From Epiperipatus broadwayi (Eukaryota; Animalia; Onychophora), in contig JAQFVV010000002.1 of assembly GCA_028023455.1 (NCBI GenBank), positions 11,036,001 through 11,100,000 on the forward strand: a stretch of DNA of 64,000 bases. Reading direction: 5' to 3'. The translations under genes and the position numbers were made by a program. Positions within the stretch are counted from its first letter, which is position 1, and each line of letters opens with the position of its first letter. The notes below the pieces were generated by a model. The model saw only the letters and a program-made list of their open reading frames with translations, was not told the origin of the DNA and searched no databases. This document shows positions 1 to 13,572 of the stretch, in pieces.

Positions 1-2284
1 AAAAGTTTATTAAAAATACTTTTTAAAAAAATATATTTTAAGCTTAAATGTGTAGACAAGTTTTTATATTAACAGTTGGAATTTTATTCTAAAGTATACT
101 GAATTATAAGTAAAACTTTTTTTAAAATAAGTTATAAAGTTAAGATAGCAGTCAGTGACAAAATATTACTAATGATGATTGAGTATTATTGCTTTATTAT
201 AATATTCTTTTGCTTTTTTAACATACCCATCTTTAAAGTTTTCTATAATACTTAATTTTAAAATAGATAAAAGTCCACTAGATGGAGCCAAGAACTTCTG
301 GCCCCCAATTTTGAGGCATATTTCCCTAGTTTAGGGAATATGATTGGTTTAAAAGTATATCAAGTTAAAAGGTGAACACATGTTTTATAGTTTTATCACC
401 TTTAAAAGAAAGCTTAAATTGGTTTTCACCCAAGAATAAGTGATATTTTTTTAACATTCTGTTTTATGCAAATAGCTGCTGTTGGAAAAGACAAAGGCTT
501 AAATAAGTAATTCCAAAATGGTGTAACACAAGACTTTGAAAAATATTTGAAATGAAACCAATTGATCAAAAAATGAAGAGAGCCACTAGAAATACTATTT
601 TTCAGTAACAGAACAAGTTGAGAAATGATTTGGAAGTTAAACTCAATTGAAAACGTTAAAGAAATAAAAAAAAAGAAATGCTTGGCAAAGATAGTTTAAA
701 GAATTTCACTGTAACATCTGTTTTGTTACATGAAATCAAAGAGAATGATAAAAAATTTTGTAATAAATGCCTTGTGGACCTAACCTGGTCATTAATTCAT
801 CTTAAGCAAATATTCCCCGACTAGAATAAAGACTACAGTTTAATAAAAAGTTGCCTGGATAATTATAAATGGCAATTTGCCACTAAAATTATATGAAGTA
901 GAACATTAAGACCATATATTGGGAAAAGTGAGATAAAGCTGGAGATCCCATCGATGTTAACTTAATAACTTTCAGGAGTAATTAATATGAATTTTATTGC
1001 AATTTAAATATTAACGGATAAATTGTATGCATTCTGAATAGTGTTATATCAATGTAAAGCTAATTGAACTTCTATACATGTAAACTTAAACTCAAAGTAT
1101 ATGCTCGATAATTCTAATGGTAATTTATGCTTGACATATATGTTCATTGACAAAGTATATGCTTTCAGCATAATTCTTGTATCTATGGTAAAATAATTGT
1201 ATTCCATTTTATGTTCCACTTTTAACTTTGCTAGCTTTGATTTTAATGTATATTATCGATAAGCTTAATGTATACTACAAATTGATATGTATTATTTGAT
1301 AATACACAAGGCGAGTGAATAAAATAATATTTTGAAAGATAAAATAGATAGCTATTTCTTTGAACAAAATCTCTGCCAGTTTGAATTTCTCTATCTTTCC
1401 CATCAGTATCTTTAATTATAATTATAGTAAAATGGATACCTTTTTTTTAAATTATATTTTTAAAAATAACTGAAACATCTATTTTAATTTAGGATTTGAT
1501 TTAAGTTCTTCAAAGTTAATTTAGGCCAAAGGGTTAATTTAATTAAACTTTTTATTATCTTGTTCACTTATGAAATAACCTCTAAAACAAATTGAAGTTC
1601 TTATTATGTATACTCTTAAGTCAGTAATGACTTTTGGTGAGCAAATGAATGGACTCTATGTGATCAATTATGCATGTCAAAGAAGTTCAACTATCTCATT
1701 GCTTGTCATTTATTTTTTTTTGCCTGCATTCTAGAAAATTATATAATTTTTTTTATAAATTAGATAATCTTATAATACAAAATCTTTAGATAATTTTAAC
1801 TTGTTGTTTTGTAATTAAAATAAAAGTTCAATTCTAACTCAATTGTGGATCTATTTGTTTATTTTCCTGTCTGTTCACAGTATTTTTAGAAGTCCTCTTT
1901 AGTATTATGATTCTAAAGCATTACTATTTCTTTTATTATTATTATTTAGTATTTAACTTTCATGTCCACAGAAAGTCACAAGAAATATCATAATTTGAAT
2001 TATTCTGACATTTATTTTTCAAGACATATTCTTATATGTAAAGTTGTTTTCCACATCTTTCACTGTCACTTTGCCTATTTGATAAGTTGTGATGATAAAG
2101 CTTTGATAAAATAAATATTAATTTTTCCAATAATAAAATAAGCTTCTTATTGAAGGCTTTATGCAGACTGTTCATTAATTCTGCAATAAACATTGGCAAC
2201 AAATTTTTATGAATATGGAATAATAAATAAAATTTTACTGAATGCCTTGAACATTATTGAATTACATAAAATAAAATCATAAAA

Positions 2285-2520
2285 ACTTTTCTATCATCAT
2301 CCATCTGATCTATTGATATGATGATGGGTGACATTATGGACAAATTGCTTCTAAACTATTCTCTTTTATGCCTTCTTGTATACCTCCAAAATTGTCATTC
2401 TTAAACATTCTATAATGTTGTTCATCTATGACAGTCATTGTCTTCCTCTTCATCCATTAACTATATCAAATATGATAATCTTTTCAAGTGTGCTAATCCA
2501 AAATATTGTAATTTTTGTCA
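2285..2520 (-). mobile_element. Decayed 3' end of an RTE-clade LINE (second family)
   Basis: Minus-strand translation TLEKIIIFDIVNG*RGRQ*LS*MNNIIECLRMTILEVYKKA*KRIV*KQFVHNVT resembles an RTE ORF C-terminus, followed by a (GAT)n-like tail. Confidence 0.5.
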
Positions 2521-3529
2521 TTTAACCTTCTTTAACAGTTGTCTTTTTGTAGAGATATAAGTGAACAACATTATATAAGAAAATTATTAATAGGAATAAT
2601 TTATGCCATTTCCTTTCTTAAATCACACAACAGAGTTAATAAGTAATAATAAAAAAGAAGAAAATGTGAATTGATAATATAATGCCTACTTCATCTGCAT
2701 ATATCACCGAATAATGCAAGCTTATAGCTAGAGAATATTATAAATAGATTATCTTCTGAGATGAATAAAGCTTTATATAACTCTCTCCTTGTTTTCAATA
2801 CCTGTATTAGAAGTCGTAATTCACTCAGTGTACTCCAGATCATCAGTAGATAGTGGATAGTAGTGACAAAGAAATCTTCATATTTTTTTCTTTTTATGTT
2901 TTGCAGCTTTTTCTATTTTATAGTTTACATTAATTTTCTACTGTAAAAAATATATCAACTTCAATTCTTTATCTCTGGTTAATTTATTGATGAAATATTT
3001 CATCTCACTCTTATCTTTTTAGTATTTTAGGTTTATTGACTCAAAATATTCTCTTTTATTTATATCCTAGCTCATATTTAATAAGTCTTTAATTTTTTTT
3101 TTTTTTCTTAATGATTCACTTTTGTGCTTGTGCTATGCTAATCAAAACATCTTCAACTTTCTTTCCCATTAATTTTTAAAATAAAAGATTGCTTGGTCAT
3201 TGCAATATTTATTTAAATTTTTAATCATTTTTTATTGCCATTTAACTAGTTTTCCAATATTTAAGAACATCTTAAATCTTCTACAATTCTCACTTTAACA
3301 CAATTATTTAATTTTATTTTTATTCTGTTCATATATATAGCAATAGTTTTTCTCAAGCTTACTTTTATCTCAAATTTCATCAATATCATTATAATTTTTT
3401 ATGTTCAGCTATTTTATATCTAAATATATATGCACAAGAAGAATTGTACTCAATCTGACACTTTGATTTTCGAACACACATTACTTCCAAGCAACTGAAC
3501 ATATAGCTTTTTATAGATTGAAGATATGT

Positions 3530-5910
3530 ATAAATGAAAGGAGATTCTATGATTCCTCTTGGAAGCCTTAAAGGAACCAAGCAGAGCAAATTTCAAATGT
3601 CTCCACGATATGTTCTTAACATTGTAGCTACTATTACTATGTGATTATTCATATAGTATACAAACATGTATGGGCTGCTTACCAACATGCATTAGTCAGA
3701 CAATTGATTTAAAAAATGGATATATATATATTGTGTTACAAAGACACAATTGGAAATATAAGTGGAATAAGATTCATTATAAATAAAAAATGGAAAAATA
3801 ACAATGTGGAGATTGATGGTGTATCAGTCACAATGGTGAGATTATTTATCATTTTAATAACAGATACCAAATATAGATAATTTAGATTTATATCCTAACA
3901 AGTTTTATTTTGATGACAAAGCAAAGGGTTTTTATATGGATGTACCAAAGGCTTTTGATCAGACGAAACAACATTTAAAATTGTCATGGAAGATTTTAAT
4001 TCTAGAATTGGTAAACATTTGAAAGATGAAAGTACATAGGTCATTTTGATTATGGTAATAGAAATGAGAGAAGTCATTGACTTGTGGAGTTTGCAGATAA
4101 AGAAATTTTTTTTTATTATGAATTCTTTTTTGCAAAAAATGTTAAATAGAAATTGAAATAGAAAGCTTCCAAATGAAGATACAGCAGAATTAGATTATAT
4201 TTTGACTAACAGAAAATATGTATTTCAGGATTGTAATGTTTTTAATAAATTTAACACAGAATGTGATCATCAATTAGTTAGAGGTTAGATATATGTTAAT
4301 GCAAAACTAGAGAGTCAAAAAACAATATTCACAATTGATATTTCTAATTTTCAGAAACATTCTAATGAATTTAAATTAGAACCTATAACTCATTTTCAAA
4401 TATTAAAAGATTTTGAACATGATTCTGATTTGAATGAAATCAATAGGAAAATAACTGATACACTTTTAAAAACTGTAACAAAAATCACAGGTACAAAAAA
4501 GCAGAAATTGATTAGTAAAATTTCTACTAAGACAAGATAATTTATGAAGAAAAGAAAAAATATGAAAATATATAAAAATGATGCAATAAGAATTGAAAAT
4601 CTCGAATTTTATAAAATGGTGTGAAAAAGAATTGATAATGATATAAGAAAGTATAATTGTGAACTAGCAAGGAAAGCTATAAAAGAGAATAAAACTCTCA
4701 AGGGTGTAAAACAACATCTTGGTATTGGTAGGAAACTTATATCTGCAATAAAAAAAAAAGGATAGAACTATTAGTAAAAAGAGAGATAACATCATGAAAT
4801 GTATAGAAGAAATCTCTCAAGAATTATATAGTAATAAAGAACAAGTACCTCTTACATTTATTATATTTTCTGAATTGCCAAGGATATTAACTGAAGAAGT
4901 GAGATATGCAATTAAATTTATGAAGAAGGAAAAAGCTCTAGGCAATGATGGAATTATAATCGATATCTTAAAAAGAGAAATAGTAGAATAAATTTTGGCA
5001 AAGTTATATACCAATTGTCTAAATGATAAAAATGTACCAGTTGATTGAAAGACTGCAGTATTAATATTAATATTTAAAAAATTATAAATTGAAGACCTGT
5101 CAGTCTTTTATCAATTCTATACAAAAATTTTACCAAAATAATTACAACTCATCTTTAGCAAACTTTGGATTTTAACCAAACAAAAGAACAAACAGGATTT
5201 AAAAGTGATTTAATACCATGGATCATATTCAAGTATTGAGAGAAGTTGTAGAAAGGATCAATGAATAAGTTGCCCTTATACTTTAGATTTGTAGATTATG
5301 AAAAGGTATTTGTTTTTATAACATTTCTTTAGAGATTAGATGTGTTGGATTATCAAAGTATAGTCCCAGGATATTGTCATATTGTAAAGAATATTTATAA
5401 AAATGCAACAGCAACAATTAGACTACATAATGATATTAACATTGAGAAGGGTGTACAACAAGGTATCTCCATATATCCAAAACTTTTTACAGTTTTTCAA
5501 GAAGTATTTTGTGGATAAAAATGGGAAGCTAATGGAATAATAGTAAATAGAGATTAATTAAGTCATATATGGAGAGATGTATGTTTGGAGTAACAAGAAG
5601 AGATTGAAAATCAAAATACATGGATGAGAGAACAAACAGGTGTTTCTGTCATCATTGAAGAATTAAGAGATTGAAGTGAATTAGGATGGACGTAATTTTA
5701 GAAGAGATGATAATAGATGGGCAGTTGAAATCTTAAACTGGATTTCAAGAGATTATAAAAAACCTAGAAAAAGACCTCATGTGAGATGGATGGAAGAAAT
5801 AAGAAAATATGCTGCTGTGATGTGGAGAAAATAGGCTAGATATTCAAGTAGATTGAACTTGTAGAGACCTTCATTCTCCAGTGGATTGATAATGATTGAA
5901 TATGATGATT
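3530..5910 (+). mobile_element. Decayed near full-length RTE LINE (APE endonuclease + RT), many stops and deletions
   Basis: Collinear with the young copy at 46170-48572 (e.g. MKCIEE..ELYSNKEQVP, ends gtggattgataatg). Its 5' part is shared with the copy at 38050. Boundaries approximate. Confidence 0.85.
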
Positions 5911-6750
5911 ATCATGATACCAAAATTAAAAAAATTATGTATTTAACTAATTGTTGTTATTTATTTTAAAACTTATTTAAATCACCTACAAATCTTGGGA
6001 ATTGAAAAAAACTGAGATAAAGTTGAATCTTGTTTTATTTAAACAAATTTTCTTTAATGTTTTTTTTTTTTGTCTGATGAAAAATGAATGCTATTCAAAT
6101 CAAAAAAATTAAAAATTTAATTTTCAGTAAAATAAAATTTGGTATTTTTTAAATTATATTTTTTATCAAATGTAAACAAATATATTTATATATTTGTATA
6201 AAACATAAAATGATTATTAAAAACTGAGAAAGCACGAAATTGTAAGATGTAGAGTCTATATTTTATGTACTTACAAATGTTTGTCTTCACATTGTCTTGT
6301 GTTTTTTGCAAATATTTGTTCTTATATCATTTATACATATATATATATATAGAGAGAGAGACAAACAAATCTCTTAATTTATCAGTTCAGTCACATGTTC
6401 TAACACCATTATAACATGATTATTCATCAATATGAAAATCTCTGTCAACCCATCTCATTATTATATGTATTTTATAAATCAGTCTTTATTCATCAGCTAA
6501 ACTAAATACTTGAATTATCTGGAATTTTTTGCCAGAAATCATAGCCTGATTTTATATATATATATAAATAACAAAATGTAAGCATACATATAGAGATATG
6601 CTTTATCAATTATCCAATGCATAAAATAAAAACCTCTACCAGTTTTATCTTGCTTAATACACTTTTGATGCTGAATGCTATAACCATAGCTATTCTTATT
6701 TGGCACTGAATATGCATTAAACTAAATAAAACAGATTTTTTTTTTTTTTA

Positions 6751-6830
6751 AGCATCGGATATGTTGTAAAGCAGTTGCCCGGGTTGTGGGTTCGTGTCCC
6801 GACCGATGCTATGACACTTAAAAAAAAAAA
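6751..6830 (+). mobile_element. Short GC-rich SINE-like element with poly(A), family shared with 17665-17748
   Basis: ggttcgtgtccc (B-box-like) then ccgatgctatgaca and an A-tail, matching the 17665 copy. agcatcgg...ccgatgct is an inverted repeat. Confidence 0.55.
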
Positions 6831-7750
6831 GTTTATTCATAATTATTACATATATATATTTTTACTTGTTTTATTTAAAAATCGAATTTTATTTGCAATT
6901 CAATGTACACACACATATAAGATTTCTTTACTTATTAATGTGAAATCATATTTTACAAGATAAGGATAATTTTTACCCATGTATGAACATACTATTGACC
7001 ACCAATATTGATCACAAGAATATATGTAATTCTTGGGTGGAATTATTACTCTGGTAGATAGTCACGGTGTAATGAGCTTGCATCCTGATAAATTAAGAGA
7101 TTTGTCTATTTAAATATGCTTATCTACTGGAAATAGCCAATAATTGTATATACCCATATATATATAACTGTTTTTAACTTTTTTATTGGAAAAATTATTA
7201 TTGTGTTTCTTACTTTTGGATTTTCATATAGTCATGATGATTTTTCACTTAAAGATATAACATATTTAGATATTATAAATATTTTCAAATATCAAAAATC
7301 TAAATAAACTTGCACACATACATTAATTCTTATGTATTAGCCAAGGACATGTTGTCTAAATAAGAAATGTTTACAAACTTTATGAACAACAACAACAAAA
7401 AACAATTATAGCATTAAAATAATGCAAGTGACTGTATTAAAGTTAAAATAATATAATACATAACCATCAAAATTATTGGTATTCAGATGGATAACATTTT
7501 ACCAGGGAATTATTTAATATTAATGAAAATTCTTGTCTTCATAATTATTATTTGCAGTTCAACAATACTTTTCAGCAAATTTCTGAATGAATTTTCTCAT
7601 TGCACATGGATAATATATAATTCACATATGTTTTGTTAACTCATTTTCATAGATATAAAAAATATTCTAGTTCAAAACTAATCTGATTTTTTGCAAAACT
7701 ATTGAGCAACTCTGAATATCATTATTAGCATCTGGAAATAAAGGATTTAA

Positions 7751-8140
7751 TTCTTATCACCACTGACTGTGTTTTAATGCAAGGGCAAAACTCTCCATAT
7801 AGTAGTGACTCAGTGCAAGCCAGAGTAGTCTGTGAATTCAAGAAGGTTTGTGCATAAAATCCCTATCTAGTGCCTACTCATCCAATATTCCCAGACTAGT
7901 TTCGAACTTGTGGCTTTCATCAGTGAGGAACTTTGAATCTGAGAGCACTGGTGAAAGCTACAAGCTAGAATTAGTCTGGGAATATTGGATGAATAGGCAC
8001 TATGTATGGATTTTATGCACAAATCTTTCTGCATTCATTGATTATTCTGGCTTGCACTGAGTGGTGCTACTATATTAAGAGTTTTGCCTCTGTGTAAACA
8101 GCTTGTGTAGGCATAAAGAATGATGATAATGTCATGGTAC
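7751..8140. mobile_element. Family-1 inverted dimer (old copy) carrying hammerhead-like motifs
   Basis: Arms ggcaaaactctccat...ccagactagt and ttagtctggg...gagttttgcc are reverse complements, homologous to 14371, 50821 and 55729. Arms join at a shared cactg (7956-60). Confidence 0.8.
7886..7930 (-). ncRNA. Candidate minimal type I hammerhead ribozyme (family 1)
   Basis: Minus strand UUCCUCA-CUGAUGA-AAGC cacaa GUUC-GAAA-CUAG-UC-UGGGAA: intact core, GUC cleavage triplet, palindromic ACUAGU stem III, weak stem II. Confidence 0.6.
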
Positions 8141-8937
8141 ATTTTTATGTGTTAGATAAGTCAATTTATTGACCAAAGTAAATTATAACAGATCACCTTA
8201 AGTAAAATAATTTTGAACTGAGTCCCCCAAAAAACTTAACATTGGATTCACAATCCTACCTTTCTCATTGCATTGAGAAATATTTGAATATCATTTTACA
8301 TCTTGATAATTTGACTTATAAAAGAACTCTTAACATAATGTATGCATATATTGCATACTTTGCCATGCAATCTTCCCATTTCAAAATGCATCTTTAACAG
8401 TTATTTAAACTTTGAGAAGATGAATGGTGAGATCGTTGAATAACTGAAGTAACACTATTGCTGTATGAGATCTAATGTCTTGTTTTTCTATCATCATTTC
8501 AAAGTATCACTTAATAAATAAAAACAAGTTTTGTATCAGCAAAAATTTATAAAACAATTAATTGATAAGTTTTATTTCTTTTTTAAAATTTCTTTCTTCA
8601 AAACTCTGAATCCATTTTTTATTTATATATATTACATTGTTATTTTTACTTTCTTCATTGAAATTAAAATATTTTACTTAACTTAAAATCACTACTACCA
8701 CACTCAATAACTTATTTATTTTCAATAGTCTCTCAATTACAAACACATCTTATATCATTTGTTATAAACATCTAATGAAAATTTTATTCTTTAAATTTAA
8801 CTGATTTTCTTTATCCAAGTTCTAAATGTGAAATGTACTTATATTATATGAAACTATATATATATACTGTATATGAAACTATATATGTAAGTACAAGAAT
8901 ATATGTGTTTTCTCTTAAATAAAATATAGAATGCAGT

Positions 8938-9321
8938 AAGTGGTTTTCAACCTTTTTTTTTTGTCAATGCCCCATCTAAGCTTTTCTAAAATTATGATGT
9001 TGACCACTCCTGTGATATATAATTTTTATTATTGAAAAAATGAACTCATATTCATGTGAAGAAAACCTGAAAAGCCATTAACTTGCTCCAAGCAACAATG
9101 AAAATGTAAGAAGTAAAAGTTACCCAAACAGAAAGACACTAAGAAGAAAATGGATGAAAAGAGGGAAATTTAAAAAACATTATTAGCTTAAGTTACAAAT
9201 AATAAGATATAAGAATAATTAGCAGGTTTTCAAATTTACTATTAACAATTCATTCTCAAATTGACCCTATTAAAAACCAAATTTTCTCCTGTGGGGCATG
9301 TTCCCATGTTAATAACCACTG
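8938..9321. mobile_element. hAT-type MITE, decayed
   Basis: Ends agtggttttcaacc... and ...gttaataaccactg resemble CAGTGGTT(T/C)TCAACC-type hAT TIRs. No intact 8-bp TSD seen. Confidence 0.5.
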
Positions 9322-9939
9322 ATCCATTAGATCAGTGAACTTTGATGATTACTATTCTTTTGTGAAGGATGATGATCCCAATTTTGACTGCTCCAAATAT
9401 AACAGAATTATATAAAGAAAAAATATTTATAAAATGATTAATATATTAAAAATGATTAAATTTAAATATATACAATATATTAACCAAGCATATGTGAAGA
9501 TGATGATTAATGACTTATAACAGAACACTGACAGTTAAACTAATTCAATTACTCAAAAAAATATTTTAATTTGTTTTTCTAATTTCAACAATAAAAAAAA
9601 AAAAAAAAGAAATGTAAAGTACTAAATCTTCTAAATAGAAAGTTTACTTTTGGAAAACTTATTAATGCCCAATCATCATCATCATTTATAAATTATCTTC
9701 CCTAGTGGAGGGTTGTGAATATAATGGGTGTTAGTAACATAATGTTTGGAGTGAGTTTGATAAGCAAACAAACTAAATTGATTAATAATAAAAATAAGTT
9801 AACAATTTATTAACAGTAGATATATAAACATGTTGCTTAGGTGTTTACAACTATTTCTAAGTATAATAAATATAATACAAAATAGTAAAGATAATAAAAA
9901 TAATAATTATTATAAATATTTTAAACTTAAGGCTTTATC

Positions 9940-10490
9940 ATAACTGTATTGGTAAGTTTTCAATCATTATTTTCTGCAGATATTGTTTTTTTTTAAAACT
10001 CTATTTATAAATGTCTTGACTAGTTGATCCAGGACAGAAGTTATTCTTCTTGGGTATTGATAACATTAGATAAAGTATACTGTAGATCTTGATAGGTCTT
10101 ACAGCACAATCCACTTATTTCCTCATGGTATGATTAAGCAAGCAATGGTTGGTTTTAGCAAACTTCAGCATGAATCTCTGAATCTGATTTGCATCACTCT
10201 GTGTGTGTTTTGACAAATGTGGTTGTTGGTTTTTAGCCACACATAGATAGTTTTCAGATAGCTAATGTCATGCTTGCTGTGGTGGATCTTGGTATTGAAA
10301 AGTACCTTTAAATGTAAGCAAGGCATTGTGACCCAGAACTATAGTGGAAAACTGTGTTAACTAGTAGTTTCTCTTCTCATCATGAGATCACTTATCTATT
10401 TATACCCACTAATTGTTTTTCTCACATCTATCACTGTACTCAATGAATGTTTTCCAAGCAACAACTCTATCAGTTTTATCTGAAAACATC
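9940..10490 (-). mobile_element. Decayed 3' fragment of a CR1/L2-like LINE
   Basis: Less AT-rich block whose minus strand gives degenerate FHYS, NHTMR and LSIP...PG..TF.NR pieces typical of CR1/L2 ORF2 C-termini. Confidence 0.35.
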
Positions 10491-11384
10491 TTACTAATTA
10501 CAGAAAACATGTTTCGAGAATAAACAATTTTATATCTAGTGAATGAACAAATTTCTTCTTTTTTTACGTTTGCAATAGGAAGAAAGAAAAAAATATTAGC
10601 AACCCCTAAAAATTGCTCAATAACTTTTTCAATTTAGTAATCCATAATTCTCAATAGCATAAGATTTGCCATTAAATTTTCTATATAAAAGAGCATTTTT
10701 CCTTTACATAATATGAGTTGTAATTTTATTGTTTCTATGGTTAAAATGTATTGATAGACATTTCTTTTTAATTTTTTTTTTTTATTCAGAGTACTTAAGT
10801 GATGCTTATGTTAGACCTTTATCAATCATTCTATGATTTTTTTGCTTTTTTAATTGTGAAGCTTTGTAAATATAAATAATTCAGGCTGTAATTATTTATA
10901 TTGTTACAATATATTAATTATAACATTTTTCTAGATTTAATTCTATAAATATTTAAATATGTAAAAAAATGTAAAAATCTATTTAAAATCAATAACTTTT
11001 TACAGAAATCCTTTATAAAAATATTTGGAAAGTTATTATATTTTTAATTTTTACACATATAAAATATTATTTTATGATCTATGATTCTTTTATAATTTCA
11101 GATAATAAACTAAAAATGAATTCACTTTTGGCTTAAAGTATTTCAGACAAATGCAATTGATAAATGACATCATTTCAGTTTATAATGATTATTTTGCAAT
11201 TTGCTTTATTATATCATAGCTGAAATTTATTTATAAAAATATATGGTAAAATTGTATTAAATTTAATACATACTCACATGCACACACCCAATAATATATT
11301 ATATATATATTGTCCAACCTTTATTTTAGTTTTTAAATAATTATACCATTTATTTATATAAAGTTATATATTTTTAATTTTTAG

Positions 11385-11578
11385 GATCATCATAATATTA
11401 TTACAGCTGTAATTATATTACCTGATAATCAAAAGGTGCTTTCAGCAGACAGCCAGGGTGCCATGAAAATATGGATGGCTGAAAATGGTATACCCCTTTT
11501 AACATATAGTGGTCCAACTCGTTTAATTGTAGTTTCTTCTGATGGAAAATTTGCTGTTAGTGGAAATAAAGATAACAG
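11385..11578 (+). CDS. Internal coding exon of a WD40-repeat protein gene (NWD/qui-1-like)
   Basis: Acceptor ttttaatttttAG at 11383-84, donor GTaat at 11579. Reads DHHNIITAVIILPDNQKVLSADSQGAMKIW...VSSDGKFAVSGNKDN. Ends in phase 2 (AG), completed by the first G of the next exon (AGG, Arg). Not in the ORF track. Confidence 0.9.
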
Positions 11579-11659
11579 GTAATGATTATTTATTTTAAAT
11601 AAAAAATCTTTTAATATTTAAAAGTTTCTAATGCTTTTAAATCTTTGGTAGTTAATTAT

Positions 11660-12089
11660 CATATATAATAACACAGCAAAAGTACATCCACTTTTTTCTT
11701 TTAAAATATATATGTTCTACAATAATATCAACAAATTAAAAATCCTTCTCCTTTTTCTTTTCAAAAACTTTATTTTTATATCTCAATACTGAACATATAT
11801 ATACATTTATATAATACAAAACTCCAATGTTTCAACTGTTTTATCTCATACAGTCATTTTCAAGGATCTGCAACAATATGTTAATGTAAGAGAAAGTTTT
11901 TATGTAATTGAAGTTTATTTGTTGATATGTATTTAATATTGTTGCAGATCCTTGAAAATGACTGTATGAGATAAAACAGTTGAAACGTTGGAGCTTTGTA
12001 TTATATAAATGTATGTATATATATATGTTCAGTATTGAGATATAAAAATAAAGTTTTTGAAAAGAAAAAGGAGAAGGATTTTTAATTTG
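11660..12089. mobile_element. Inverted-dimer element with 69-nt left tail and 15-bp TSD
   Basis: Arms 11729-11879 and 11936-12092 are near-perfect reverse complements. Direct repeat ttggtagttaattat at 11645-11659 and 12090-12104. Confidence 0.85.
11947..11994 (+). ncRNA. Candidate minimal type I hammerhead with U3-A8 core variant (mirror copy 11821-11868 on minus)
   Basis: GAUCC-UUGAAAA-U-GACUGU augagauaaa ACAGUU-GAAAC-GUU-GGAGC: 6-bp stem II, palindromic AACGUU stem III, stem I 4 of 5 pairs. Confidence 0.5.
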
Positions 12090-12179
12090 TTGGTAGTTAA
12101 TTATTTATCTCATATGAACTTTGTATTATTTAATTATCCATCCATTGTTAATTAGTACTGTAATTGAAAATTTAATTAT

Positions 12180-12660
12180 TCTTATCTGGAAGATAAATAT
12201 TCTAAAATAATTTTAGTTGTGTTTGAAAAGTAACATACTGTCTTATGAATCTGAAATGTGGACATTTAATAAAAGAGAAATAAGTAGAATTCAAGCCACA
12301 CAGAAAAGTTTAGAGAGATGAATATTGAGAGTAACAAGAAGAAATTAAAAATAAAATACATGAGTGAAAAAAAAAACCCATAACTCTGACATCAGTAAAA
12401 GAATTAAAAAACTGAAGTGAAGTTGGTTTGGACATATTTCTAGAATAATGTGCAGTGGATACAAAATTGAAATTTTAAAATTAAATTTTAAGAGATTGTA
12501 AAATACCCATAATCTGATGACATATGAGGTAGATGGATAAAATAAAGAAGTTGCTGAAAAGATATAGAGAAAATATGCTCTGAATACTAAAAATTGCATT
12601 GAACATGAAGAGATATTTATTCTGTTTTGGATTGATAATGATTAAAAATGATGATGATTC
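12180..12660 (+). mobile_element. Decayed 3' fragment of RTE LINE
   Basis: Homologous to 48130-48570 (tatgaatctgaaatgtggac...ggattgataatgatt..gatgatgat). Confidence 0.75.
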
Positions 12661-13079
12661 TAATATGATGTTACCTTCTCCATTGATTAGGGAAGTAATA
12701 AAAGATCTACAAGCACTAAGCTGCGAGTATCTTTTAACTTTTTTTAATTAAATATTGATTGCATAATGTTTATAAGCTCAAGACAATTTTTGTTATGATT
12801 ATATATATGTATTACTTTAAATTAATTATACAATATATAATAAAAAATATATAATAGTAATAATATATATAATAACAATAATAATACTTAAAAGCTCTTT
12901 TCAGCAATTATTAATTTTTGTCCTCTTCAATGTGTTGGAAGTATTTTACAATTTCAATCTACATTGCATACATAGTGACATCTATCTGTTTTGTATAAAA
13001 TTAACTATAACCTATTATAACAATAATACAATATATACAAGACAGAAAAAGAAAACATGTATAAATATATACTATGTAA

Positions 13080-13572
13080 CAACTGAAATACAGGCTTATT
13101 ATATGCGTGTATCAATATATGTAATATATAGGGTATATGAGCACAGACTTTCACATGACCCACCACTCTCCACTCTATCTCATAACACTGATACACTTGA
13201 ACACATATATGTCAAAAAGATAAGTAATCACCAATATACATATTTCATGCTAAACCATCAATCCAATCATCAGTTGTTCCAGATTTTTTTTTTCAATTGG
13301 ATGGATGGTTGAAGAGTTGGAGTGTGGAGTGGATTGAAGCCTATGCATTAAAGTATGAAGATTGGCTATCTTAATATATATCCTGAGCACTTATTGCATA
13401 TATATGTAGAGATGATAATCTGGACCAACTGATGATTGCTTGTTTAGCATGAAATATGTATATTGGTGATTACTTATCTTTTTGACATATATGTGTTAAG
13501 TGTATCAGTGTTATGAAATAGAGTGGAGAGTGGTGGGTCATGTGAAAGTCTGTGCTCATATACCCTATATAT
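13080..13572. mobile_element. Inverted-dimer element with hammerhead plus tRNA-like segment, 35-nt left tail, 18-bp TSD
   Basis: Arms 13115-13285 and 13417-13581. Direct repeat taaatatatactat(g/a)taa at 13062-13079 and 13573-13590. The tail is homologous to the 3' part of the solo copy at 14172-14255. Confidence 0.85.
13424..13467 (+). ncRNA. Candidate minimal type I hammerhead ribozyme with canonical core (degenerate mirror 13230-13277 on minus)
   Basis: ACCAA-CUGAUGA-U UGCU uguuu AGCA U-GAAA-UAUGUA-U-A-UUGGU: 5-bp stem I, 4-bp stem II, self-complementary AUAUGUAU stem III, predicted cut after A13462. Confidence 0.7.

Noticed and set aside
275-290. ccactagatggagcc as a CTCF-like site
   Set aside because: A single imperfect motif with no supporting context.
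6460-6500. Minus-strand CUGAUGA with a 5-bp stem as a hammerhead
   Set aside because: G12 is missing and there is no stem I pairing.
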